Positions 55,887 through 64,000 of a stretch of 64,000 nt of DNA are shown here, in pieces. Numbering within the stretch: position 1 is the first letter of the stretch; the number at the start of each line of letters is the position of its first letter. Source of the DNA: an uncultured Acidimicrobiales bacterium (GTDB taxonomy: Bacteria > Actinomycetota > Acidimicrobiia > Acidimicrobiales > SHLQ01); NCBI GenBank assembly GCA_938002955.1, contig CALLAA010000145.1, positions 713 to 64,712 of the forward strand, written 5' to 3'. The notes beneath the pieces are model-generated. The model saw only the letters and a program-made list of their open reading frames with translations. It did not search any database and was not told where the DNA came from. A program made the translations under genes and the position numbers.

Positions 55887-57830
55887 TCAGAGCTCCTTGG
55901 CGAGGGTTTTGATTCCGGTGATGTTCGTTACGGGCTTCGGGAGGTCGTCGACGAGCACCATTGGCATGGTGGAGGTTGCGGCGTATTCGGCGATGTTCTC
56001 GCGTTCGGCGGTGCGTTTTGTGCGGAGGTGATCGACGATCGTCGACGCAATCTTTGACCGGCCGGCCTTTGGCACCGCCGGCGTGCAGCGGTTCGCAATG
56101 GTGAGCGCTGGCTCCACGTCGGCTTCGCGGAGCTGCGTGGTGAAGTCGCGGGCGTTCTGGAGGGACGCTCCCGTTGGCGATGCGACCACGATGAAGCTCG
56201 TGTCTTCGGAGCGAAGGGCCTTGTAGATGAGATCGCCGCGAGCCCGAAAGCCCTCCTCGATGCCATCGAAGCTCTTGAAGAAGTCGACGGCTTCACGGAC
56301 AACCGTTCCGCCGACGGTGGCTACGAGCTGTCCAACGACTCCGCCGATCGCACGGTTCACGATGCTTCGGCGTTTTCCGTGCACCAAGACTTTATAGATG
56401 CGGTTGTCGAGGAGTCGGGCGAGCAGGTTCGGTGCGTCGAGGAACGCGAGCGCATCGGACGACGGCGGGGTGTCGACGACGACCAGGTCTATCGTTGGGT
56501 CGTCGTGTAGCTGCCACAGGCGTTCTACCGCCATGTATTCGGTCATGCCCGACAGCGAGTCGGTGAGTTGGGCGGCAAGCGGAGACGCAAGAATCTGTTC
56601 GGCGTGTTCGGTGGTGGTTGCCTCGGCACGAACTACTCGTTCGAAGGTCGCGCCAGGGTCGAGCATCGTTGCTTGCAGTCGGCCCGAGTTCTTGCCAGCG
56701 ACGGTGACCTCTCGAAGTTGGTCATCGAGTGTTTCGAGACCGAGCGCATCGGCCAGTCGTTTCGCCGGGTCGATCGTGATGAGCGCGACCGAGCGTCCCA
56801 TGGTTGCCGCACGATACGCAATGGCTGCGCCCAGTGTCGTCTTGCCGACGCCCCCGGTTCCGACGGTGACCACGATCGACTTCGAGAGCGCCGCTTCGAG
56901 AGCTGCACTATCGGACTCGGGTACCTCGACGTCGGACCCATCGCTCAGCGCTGGCTCCAGGGCCCCGGTCAGCAATTCGTCGATATGGCTCGGGGTGACG
57001 ATGCCATGGGGGTTCTCGGCGGTTGTGTGTTGTGGGACAGGAAGCTCGTCGACCAATCGTTGTCGCTGCTCGACGTTGGACTCGTGGCGGACACGCGTTG
57101 CGGGGCCGAGCGGGTGATCATCGAAACTCTTCGGGGGTTCGGCGTGGGGAAACAGCCGATTGACGACGACTCCAGCCAGGCGGATGCCGGGATCGTCCTC
57201 GACATCGAATGCGGTTTCGATGGTTTCGTTGACCGGCGTCTCTTCGGGGATGGTGACCAACAAGATGGCCGCTGCTTCGGGGTTCGTGAGCAATGCATGT
57301 GCTCGGGTCGCCTGGTCGAAGATTGGGCCCTCTGTCGATGCCTCGGCCACCATGCGCGGCGCTCGCAGTAGCTCACGGGCCCGTCCGGAGGCCGGTCCGT
57401 CGACGATGATCCGTTCGTACTTGCCTTCGTCGACGAGCCGTCGTAGGTGGCCGATCATGAGGACGTCCTGGATGCCCGGCACCGACGTTGCGATAACGCT
57501 CAGCGCCCCGGACCGCTCGAGGCGATCGGCGATGAGGCCCATGCTGCGACCCGACAACCAGCCAGCGAGAAGCCGGTCGGGAGAAATCGATTCCCAGCTG
57601 AGGTTGTCAGAAATGCGGACAACACCTTCGCCATCGGGGCTTGGGAGCGCCTCAATATCGCTACTTAGCATCGGGAGGAGCTGGCGTTGCCCGCCAAGTT
57701 CGACGACGAGTGTCGAATGACCATGCCGTGCGGATTCGGTTCCGAGCGCTGCAGTCAGTACCGTCTTACCGACTCCACCCTTTCCGGCAATGATGAGGAG
57801 CGGATATGGGTATTGAAAATCGCTCTGCAC
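55887..57830 (-). CDS. ArsA/Get3-like ATPase, fused two-domain form
   Basis: Two deviant Walker A loops (AGKGGVGKT at the N-terminus; GTGGVGKTT in the second half). 647 aa. Confidence 0.75.
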   Translation of the reverse strand: MQSDFQYPYPLLIIAGKGGVGKTVLTAALGTESARHGHSTLVVELGGQRQLLPMLSSDIEALPSPDGEGVVRISDNLSWESISPDRLLAGWLSGRSMGLIADRLERSGALSVIATSVPGIQDVLMIGHLRRLVDEGKYERIIVDGPASGRARELLRAPRMVAEASTEGPIFDQATRAHALLTNPEAAAILLVTIPEETPVNETIETAFDVEDDPGIRLAGVVVNRLFPHAEPPKSFDDHPLGPATRVRHESNVEQRQRLVDELPVPQHTTAENPHGIVTPSHIDELLTGALEPALSDGSDVEVPESDSAALEAALSKSIVVTVGTGGVGKTTLGAAIAYRAATMGRSVALITIDPAKRLADALGLETLDDQLREVTVAGKNSGRLQATMLDPGATFERVVRAEATTTEHAEQILASPLAAQLTDSLSGMTEYMAVERLWQLHDDPTIDLVVVDTPPSSDALAFLDAPNLLARLLDNRIYKVLVHGKRRSIVNRAIGGVVGQLVATVGGTVVREAVDFFKSFDGIEEGFRARGDLIYKALRSEDTSFIVVASPTGASLQNARDFTTQLREADVEPALTIANRCTPAVPKAGRSKIASTIVDHLRTKRTAERENIAEYAATSTMPMVLVDDLPKPVTNITGIKTLAKEL

Positions 57831-59299
57831 GTCGTCGTCCGTTCGCCACTTTTCGCGCGCCCATTGCGGTTGCGATGGTGGTGTTGGGTCTTATTCTGGC
57901 CGCAGTTCCCGCAAATGCACAGGATTCAACGCCTGCAACGCCGCCCGATAGCTCGGTGACCACCGCGCAGGAACCATTGGGTGGTGCAAACGGGTTCTTC
58001 GATGTTGTCGAAGTCAACGGGTTGATCGACCCGGTCATGGCGAGCTTCATCAACCGGAGCCTCGACGAATCGCTGAACAGCGGCGCTCGGGGTGTCGTTC
58101 TGCAAATGCAGAGCGATGGCGTTGCCATCTCCGACGATGAGCTCGCTGCGCTCACCACCCGCATTGCCGAGTTCGACATTCCGGTTTCGGTGTGGCTTGG
58201 GCCATCCGGCAGCGGCAAGGCACTCGGTGGTGCTGGCCAGATCGCGCTCGTCTCGTCGCGCATCGGTATGACACCCGGCTCTGAGCTTGGTGACTTTGGC
58301 GAATCGGTTCTCTCGGGAGCCGCAGCCGACGGTGCCTTCGTCTCCCGATTCGAGAGCGGCTTCTCGGGCGGAGTGTTCGGGTATGAGGACTTGTTCCCTG
58401 AAGGCGAAGAGGGAGCAGAGGCAGCAGCGGACATCGTCGTGCTCATCGAGGACGGCGCAGCGATCCAGAACGCACCCACCGTGTTGCTGCACCTGCTCGA
58501 ACTAGCCGACTTTGAGTCTCGCGTCGTGCAAGCGGGTGAAGAACTTCCAAATGGCAGCATCTTGGCCGAGGACGCAGATCCAATCCGCGTCCCGGTGAGC
58601 AGCACCCGGTTCGTGACGCTGCCCCTTATCGATCAGCAGTTCCACACCTTTGCCTCTCCCGCTGTTGCCTTCTTGCTGTTCGTGATCGGCATGGGTTTGC
58701 TGGTCTTCGAATTGTTCACCGCAGGTGTTGGTGTCGCCGGTGTGATCGGGGCCGGATCGTTTCTCGCCGGCAGCTATGGTCTCGCCGTGCTCGACGCTCG
58801 CTGGTGGGCAATCGCCATGCTCGTCATTGCCTTCATTGGATTCGCGATCGACGTGCAGTCCGGGATCCAGGCGTTCTGGAGTGCCGCGGGCTCGATTCTG
58901 CTCGTCCTTGGTTCGCTACTTCTCCTACCCGACCACAGCATTGGTTGGCTTCCGTTGAGCGTCGGCATCATCGGTGTCTTGCTCGCAATGCTCGGCGGTA
59001 TGCCCGCAATGGTTCGTACCCGCTTCTCCACCCCGACGATCGGTCGCGAGTGGATGATCGGCGAGGTTGGCGATGTGGTCGAGGCGGTCGACCCCGAGGG
59101 TGTTGTCACGTTGCGCGGCGCACCGTGGCGTGCTCGCACCAACCGCGCGACCCCAATCGCTGCCGGTGAGCGCGCTCGAGTGGTCGAGGTCGACGGGTTG
59201 CTCCTCGAGGTCGAGCCCGAGAGCGGCGGCGCGGCCGATTACCGTGAGCGCCGTTCGGCAGAACACGCAGAAGCTGTCGAGGCTGAAGCCGAGTCATAG
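57806..59299 (+). CDS. NfeD-family membrane protein (ClpP-class protease-like domain + TM region + C-terminal OB domain)
   Basis: Signal/TM, ClpP-like N-domain, 4-5 TM segments, C-terminal NfeD OB fold (VTLRGAPWRARTN...GERARVVEVDGLLLEVEP). The start is uncertain: 57806 overlaps the divergent ArsA-like start by 25 nt, and an internal start near 57872 is possible. Confidence 0.7.
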   Translation: MGIENRSARRRPFATFRAPIAVAMVVLGLILAAVPANAQDSTPATPPDSSVTTAQEPLGGANGFFDVVEVNGLIDPVMASFINRSLDESLNSGARGVVLQMQSDGVAISDDELAALTTRIAEFDIPVSVWLGPSGSGKALGGAGQIALVSSRIGMTPGSELGDFGESVLSGAAADGAFVSRFESGFSGGVFGYEDLFPEGEEGAEAAADIVVLIEDGAAIQNAPTVLLHLLELADFESRVVQAGEELPNGSILAEDADPIRVPVSSTRFVTLPLIDQQFHTFASPAVAFLLFVIGMGLLVFELFTAGVGVAGVIGAGSFLAGSYGLAVLDARWWAIAMLVIAFIGFAIDVQSGIQAFWSAAGSILLVLGSLLLLPDHSIGWLPLSVGIIGVLLAMLGGMPAMVRTRFSTPTIGREWMIGEVGDVVEAVDPEGVVTLRGAPWRARTNRATPIAAGERARVVEVDGLLLEVEPESGGAADYRERRSAEHAEAVEAEAES

Positions 59300-59314
59300 C
59301 CGGCTGGCGAGTGC

Positions 59315-59578
59315 TTAGAGCAGGGCCCGACGTTCTTGTTCGCTGAGTCCGCCCCACACCCCGTGTGGTTCGCGGATCGCTATCGAATACTCCCGACACT
59401 CACCGAGTACGGGGCATGACATACAGATGTCTTTCGCCTTTGCTTCGCGAGCGAGCTTTTCCCGCTTGCGCTCGGTCGTGGGTGGGGGAAAGAACACTGC
59501 CCCCAATGGTCCGCGACACGCCGCCTGTTGTTGCCAGAGCAGAGCTCCGGATTCTGTTGTGCTGTGTTGTACCGCCAA
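59315..59578 (-). CDS. WhiB-family [4Fe-4S] transcriptional regulator
   Basis: Four Cys (C-x30-C-x2-C-x5-C: AACRG...[10 protein letters not shown]), GVWGG turn, basic tail. TTG start 8 nt after AAGGAGG. Confidence 0.85.
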   Translation of the reverse strand: MAVQHSTTESGALLWQQQAACRGPLGAVFFPPPTTERKREKLAREAKAKDICMSCPVLGECREYSIAIREPHGVWGGLSEQERRALL

Positions 59579-59681
59579 CTATTTCGCCTCCTTACGGCGA
59601 ACCTAGGCGCGCTGTGACGGAAACCACAAGGGGGGCGGAAAATCGGGGAAGAAGTTCACCTCGACGTTACGAAGTGGTCGA

Positions 59682-61400
59682 TCAGCGTTTCGGCAGTCGC
59701 GGTCCAGCAATACGCAGATTTTCTCGACGTCGCGTCATCCCGCCGGCGTCGAGTCGCGCAATGAGTGGCATTGCATGCTTGCGGGTATTGCCCATCGCCG
59801 TACGAACCTCAGAGACCGTGACGCCATCGGGTTTGGCCGCTAACAGATCGGCGACCACGAGTGCTGCGGCATCGATTACCTCGGGTGCGAAGTAGACCCC
59901 GTCCTCGACGATGACTTCGCCTCGCCTGACGAGCTCACGTAGCTCTTCTCGGTCGACGCCGTCCGGCTCGGGTGGAGCGAACCCACCCTCTCGAAGCGCA
60001 AGAACAAAAGGGTGTGCGAGCAGCGGGTCGGCTGCGGCAGCGAGTGTCGCACGACCGCCGTTGACGACGACCTCGTTGAGGAGCTCGAGTGTGGCGCGCT
60101 CTTGATCGGACAGCGTTGCCGTGTCGAGACCGAGCGCTCCCGCCGCGTCGATCTGTGAGCGGAGTGACTCGATCGCTTCTTGCAACGCGTGCGGGTCGAC
60201 AACCCACACGCCGACGTCGGCATCACGTTGTTCGCCGGTGAGTAGCGCGAGCTCGGTGGTCGTCACCCAGCCCCGTTCGGCGATGACCCGGTCGACCGAG
60301 CGGTCGGGGCTTGCTTCGGCCGCTTTGGTCTGGGGATCGACGTCGAGCACTTCGCCGCCGCCGATGGTCTCGGCCCGTCCGGACTCGCGAAGGACGAAAC
60401 GGTCGCCGGGAAGCAGGGGAAGGGCAACCGGGAGATAGATGCGGATGTTGCCCGTCGTGCCCGGGGCGATCGCTGGTCCGAGGATTCGAATTCGGACGGC
60501 ATGTTCTCCCGCTCCCATGTAGAGCAGATGGGCGCCGCGTCGCGAGACCTCATGGTCGAGCGAGTCGAGAACGCTGAGCGCGCCGTCGAAAACGGTGGTC
60601 TCATGCCATTCGCCTTCCCGCACGAGGGCATCGCCGCGGGCGACTTCGTCATGGCTGACCCCGCTCAGGTTGATCGCAGTGCGGTTGCCAGGTCCGACCT
60701 TGGTCCGCTGTGCGTGGAGGCTCTGCATGGCGCGGACTCGTACGGACTTGCGTTGGGGGAGTAGCAACAGTTCGTCGTCGACGCGGATACGGCCGCCCGT
60801 GAGCGTGCCGGTGACGACCGTTCCCGAGCCCTTGGCCGAGAACGCACGGTCGACCCAGAGCCGTGGCGTGCCACGGTCGGCTGCATCGGGAGTTCGAGCG
60901 AGTAGCGCGTCGAGCTCATGAAGCAAATTGTCGATGCCGGTCCCGTCGAGAGAATCTACGGGAACGATCGGTGCACCTTCGAGGAACGTGCCCTCGACCC
61001 GTTCCTCGACATCGAGAATGGCCAGCTCGATGAGGTCCTCGTCGGCGAGGCCGATCTTGGTGAGTGCCACAACGCCGTGTCGGACGCCGAGCAGATCGAG
61101 AATACGAAGGTGCTCCTCGGTCTGCGGCTTCCAGCCTTCGTTTGCATCGACGACGAACAGGCACGCATCTACCGCACCGACCCCGGCAAGCATGTTCTTC
61201 AGGAATCGAATGTGCCCCGGAACATCGACCAGCGAAAGTACTTTGCCGCTCGGGAGTTGCGTCGATGCAAAGCCAAGATCGATGGTGAGGCCACGCGCCT
61301 TCTCCTCTGCGAAACGGTCCGGGTCAGTACCGGTAAGGACACGTACGAGGGTCGACTTGCCGTGGTCGACGTGACCGGCGGTGGAAATAACATGACTCAT
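59682..61400 (-). CDS. selB: Selenocysteine-specific translation elongation factor
   Basis: GTPase G1-G4 (AGHVDHGKSTL, DVPGH, TKID-like LTKIGL) followed by EF-Tu-like domains II/III and a winged-helix C-terminal extension. Directly downstream of selA. Confidence 0.9.
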   Translation of the reverse strand: MSHVISTAGHVDHGKSTLVRVLTGTDPDRFAEEKARGLTIDLGFASTQLPSGKVLSLVDVPGHIRFLKNMLAGVGAVDACLFVVDANEGWKPQTEEHLRILDLLGVRHGVVALTKIGLADEDLIELAILDVEERVEGTFLEGAPIVPVDSLDGTGIDNLLHELDALLARTPDAADRGTPRLWVDRAFSAKGSGTVVTGTLTGGRIRVDDELLLLPQRKSVRVRAMQSLHAQRTKVGPGNRTAINLSGVSHDEVARGDALVREGEWHETTVFDGALSVLDSLDHEVSRRGAHLLYMGAGEHAVRIRILGPAIAPGTTGNIRIYLPVALPLLPGDRFVLRESGRAETIGGGEVLDVDPQTKAAEASPDRSVDRVIAERGWVTTTELALLTGEQRDADVGVWVVDPHALQEAIESLRSQIDAAGALGLDTATLSDQERATLELLNEVVVNGGRATLAAAADPLLAHPFVLALREGGFAPPEPDGVDREELRELVRRGEVIVEDGVYFAPEVIDAAALVVADLLAAKPDGVTVSEVRTAMGNTRKHAMPLIARLDAGGMTRRRENLRIAGPRLPKR

Positions 61401-61446
61401 TTCCTTCCCTCCGGGGGGCGTTCAAGCGCCACGCAGGCTGGGCGCC

Positions 61447-61530
61447 GGAGGCGCTGGTCGCGAGCGCGGGTCGCCTGGCGCTGGTTGTGAGCGCTGGTCG
61501 CCTGGCGCTGGTTGCGAGCGCTGGTCACGG
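61447..61530. repeat. 27-bp tandem repeat (about 3 units) in the selA-selB intercistronic region, running into the selA stop codon
   Basis: GAGCGC[G/T]GGTCGCCTGGCGCTGGTTG[T/C] at 61462-61488 and 61489-61515. Partial units on both sides. Confidence 0.9.
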
Positions 61531-62814
61531 GGCGCCAACGCGCTGGAGCGCGTTCGTGATTGCGAGGTCATCTTCGGTATCGACCGAACGCAGATCGAGG
61601 ATCGTCGTGTCCTCTGCGACCCGGGCCATGATCGGCACCGGAGCGGTCCGCAGCGCCTTGCGATGATCTCCCTCGATCGCAATTCCGACCGACGGAATCT
61701 CGACCGTGGGCAGGGTCCCACCGCCGGGCACCGCCATCGTCTCGATGATTGCCCCGACACCGCCAGCGTTCACGATGGCCTCGGCTCTGGCCTGCAACGA
61801 ACCGTTCGAGGCCATCGCCATTCGCCAAAACGGGATGGCCTCCCAGTTCCGATTCATGTACTCGAGGGCGAGTTCCTGGAGCGCTCCGAGGACCAAACCG
61901 CCAGGGCGCAGAGCACGGGCGAGTGGATGTCGTCCACAGGCATCGACAAGGGCCTTGTCGCCAGCGATGATGCCTGCCTGTGGTCCGCCGAGCAGCTTGT
62001 CCCCAGAGAAGGCGACGAGGGACGCGCCGTTCGCCAGAGTCTGTTTGGCTGCGGGTTCATCGGCGAGCCAGCTGGGCGGCCCCGATGGTAGCCACGGACA
62101 TGCGGCATCGAGGAGGCCCGAGCCAATGTCGGCCACGAGCGGTACATCGAAGTTCGCCAGAGACTGAATGGTCGGCATCTCGGTGAAGCCCTGGATCGTG
62201 AAGTTCGACTGGTGGATCTGCATGACGAGCGCAATATCCGATTCGGGATCGTCGATGCGTTTCCTGTAATCGGCGGCGCGCGTGCGGTTGGTCGTACCGA
62301 CTTCGACGAGGTGGGCGCCGCTTTGTTCCATCACATCTGGAACACGGAACCCGCCGCCGATCTCGACGAGCTCGCCACGCGAGACCGCAACGCCCCGGTT
62401 CTCAGCCAGCGCGGCCAGGATCAACATGACCGCCGACGCGCAATTGTTCACGACCATTGCGGATTCGGCTCCACACAATCGTGCGAGCAGTGTTGGTGCG
62501 TGGGCTTGCCGAGATCCCCGCTCGCCTGTGCTGAGGTCGAGTTCGAGGTTCCGGAAGCCGGCGTCTTGATGCACCCCGTTAGGCGCACGCCCAAGGTTCG
62601 TGTGCAAGAGCGTTCCGGTGGCATTGATGACCCGTTGGAGCATCGCTCGCTGCAGTGCCTCAGCTTCGCGTCGAGCCGACTCAGGATCGCCGTTCGCTAT
62701 TGCCGAGCGAGCCGCGTCCACAAGAAGCGGATGGGGCAACCCGGTATCGGCGATCGAACGGGCGAGCACATCCACCGACGGCGGGCGTTTCTGGTTCGTG
62801 TCGGGTTCTCGCAC
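61525..62814 (-). CDS. selA: L-seryl-tRNA(Sec) selenium transferase
   Basis: NLELDLSTGERGSR and PLP-lysine motif FSGDKLLGGPQAGII. 429 aa. Confidence 0.9.
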   Translation of the reverse strand: MREPDTNQKRPPSVDVLARSIADTGLPHPLLVDAARSAIANGDPESARREAEALQRAMLQRVINATGTLLHTNLGRAPNGVHQDAGFRNLELDLSTGERGSRQAHAPTLLARLCGAESAMVVNNCASAVMLILAALAENRGVAVSRGELVEIGGGFRVPDVMEQSGAHLVEVGTTNRTRAADYRKRIDDPESDIALVMQIHQSNFTIQGFTEMPTIQSLANFDVPLVADIGSGLLDAACPWLPSGPPSWLADEPAAKQTLANGASLVAFSGDKLLGGPQAGIIAGDKALVDACGRHPLARALRPGGLVLGALQELALEYMNRNWEAIPFWRMAMASNGSLQARAEAIVNAGGVGAIIETMAVPGGGTLPTVEIPSVGIAIEGDHRKALRTAPVPIMARVAEDTTILDLRSVDTEDDLAITNALQRVGAP

Positions 62815-62909
62815 CAGACCAGTCTACGAGATGTGCCTGGACACAGTCGCCGCCGCAGCAACCACACCAAACCATTCACTACCTAGCAAAACATGCCGAT
62901 ATTGCCACT

Positions 62910-64000
62910 GTGAGTACCATTTTTGATTGGGCGGACACGCTTGCTGAGTATGACGCGGAGTGTCTCGGAGCGGTTGTGCTCGACCGCGAATTTCGCATTC
63001 GGGCCGTTTCCGACTCGGTTCTGCAACGCGGTGGTTATAGCAAGGACCAGGTCATTGGGATGAGCGCACTCGATGTAGTGCACCCCGATGACCTTGCGAG
63101 AGCGGCCGAGGTCATCGCCGAAGTAGCGATGATCGATGGCGGTCGAGCCCCCGGTATGTATCGCTTGATGTTCGCAGACGATGGTTGGGCGACGTTCGAA
63201 CTACAGGCGGTCAACCTCGGCGACAGCTACGACGGCGCACTCGTTATGCGTTTCGACGAAGTGTCGCCGGAGGTTCGCAGCAGGGCTTTTGCCGAAGACG
63301 TCATCGACATCACTCAGTTGCTCGTCGAAACGTGTTCTACCGCTGAGAGCATCGGTCGGATCATCGACTTCGCCGAGCGCCACGTCGACGGCATTTCGGT
63401 TGCTGTTACGACGTTCGCTCCGGACGGATCGACCTCGACAATCTCCCGGCGCGACCTTCCGGCCGAGATGCTCGAAAGCAACCGCGCCTCGCATCCACTG
63501 TCGCTTCCAACCGAGGTTCGCGAGGCGTTCGACCTCCAACGTTCCGGTCCCTGGCGCGCGAACAACCGCGCCGGCATCTTGAGCCACGACGGATGCTGCG
63601 TCGTTATCGCGCTCGCCGATGATGCGGGCAAAACGCTCGGCTATGTGCAGGTCCTGCGATCGGCAACGGCCGAACCAGAAGAATCCGAATGGCTGGTCTA
63701 TGCGTCGCTCTCGCAGATTCTGCGGGCGGTGTTGGTCCGGCACGGTCTTGACAACATGTTGCGGTTCGCCGCCGATCACGACTCGCTGACCGGTCTCATG
63801 AACCGCCGTCGCCTGCTCGAGCTCATGGGCGACAATCCCGAGCTCGGTGGCTCCGGACTCTTGATGATCGACCTCGACAAGTTCTCCTGGATCAACAACA
63901 CCCTCGGCCACGCGGCCGGCGACACCGCCTTGATCTCCGCCGGTCAGTGCATGTTGGCCGCCTCGCCCGCCGAAGCCATCGTGGCTCGCCTCGGCGGTGA
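62910..64000 (+). CDS. PAS/GAF-like sensor diguanylate cyclase, 3'-truncated by the window edge
   Basis: An open frame from GTG 62910 to the window end, absent from the ORF track because no stop is reached. The PAS-like N-terminus (VVLDREFRIRAVSDSVLQRGGYSKDQVIGMSALDVVHPDD) leads to a GGDEF-domain onset (DSLTGLMNRRRL...LMIDLDKFSWINNTLGHAAGD...VARLGG-). Confidence 0.75.
   Translation, partial: MSTIFDWADTLAEYDAECLGAVVLDREFRIRAVSDSVLQRGGYSKDQVIGMSALDVVHPDDLARAAEVIAEVAMIDGGRAPGMYRLMFADDGWATFELQAVNLGDSYDGALVMRFDEVSPEVRSRAFAEDVIDITQLLVETCSTAESIGRIIDFAERHVDGISVAVTTFAPDGSTSTISRRDLPAEMLESNRASHPLSLPTEVREAFDLQRSGPWRANNRAGILSHDGCCVVIALADDAGKTLGYVQVLRSATAEPEESEWLVYASLSQILRAVLVRHGLDNMLRFAADHDSLTGLMNRRRLLELMGDNPELGGSGLLMIDLDKFSWINNTLGHAAGDTALISAGQCMLAASPAEAIVARLGG

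Noticed and set aside
55809-56057. 82-aa ORF (TTG start), and a 23-aa GTG ORF at 55841 that follows an SD-like GAAGGGGAGGG within the selB-leader-like segment.
   Set aside because: Both run antisense into the 3' end of the ArsA-like gene. They have no recognisable domain and a Gly/Arg-rich shadow composition. Coding potential cannot be supported from sequence alone.
61415-61430. GGCG-TTCAAG-CGCC hairpin in the selA-selB spacer, whose loop contains U-UCA-A like a Sec anticodon loop.
   Set aside because: It has only a 4-bp stem and a 6-nt loop. The homologous copy at 55.8 kb does not conserve the stem, and there is no surrounding cloverleaf.

Overview
High-GC, gene-dense chromosomal segment with an actinobacterial signature: a WhiB-family regulator, LLM/F420-type oxidoreductases, Tat and lipoprotein signals, and an ArsA-like ATPase near whiB. 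A finer guess such as Acidimicrobiia-like is inference only. I can support about 60 protein genes. By eye I found no rRNA, tRNA or CRISPR. Most of the window is housekeeping or accessory metabolism and transport: IclR + MttB-family methyltransferase, DLH, PrpD-like, ZIP/MFS/EamA transporters, Lrp-ald, glgA/glgC, PhoD, dcd, and three c-di-GMP proteins.

The main result concerns selenocysteine decoding. The window carries the machinery: a selD fusion at 19.9-22.1 kb and selA-selB at 59.7-62.8 kb. It also carries two selenoprotein genes that the ORF track breaks at in-frame TGA codons. Each has a SECIS-like hairpin just downstream of the TGA.
- A glutathione peroxidase (4865-5338) with TGA at the catalytic position.
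- A lipoprotein thioredoxin-fold protein (45946-46596) with a WAPW-U-PHC redox motif, sitting directly downstream of a DsrMK/HdrD-like membrane Fe-S reductase.
I could not find selC (tRNA-Sec) in the window.

Other notable items:
- A single IS200-like/RAYT tyrosine transposase flanked on both sides by 25-bp-phased arrays of the near-palindrome GGTACCTGGTACC.
- A TPP riboswitch driving thiB-thiP with no ATPase gene, followed by an HD-domain gene.
- An orphan solute-binding lipoprotein translationally coupled to a membrane GGDEF(degenerate)-EAL sensor.
- An Amt-like protein with both pore histidines replaced by Phe.
- A 456-bp non-coding repeat nest (55.4-55.9 kb), one segment of which is homologous to the selB leader.
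- 27-bp tandem repeats between selA and selB.
- A tandem pair of FHA-domain proteins.

All functional calls rest on motif recognition from the translated ORFs. No database searches were run.
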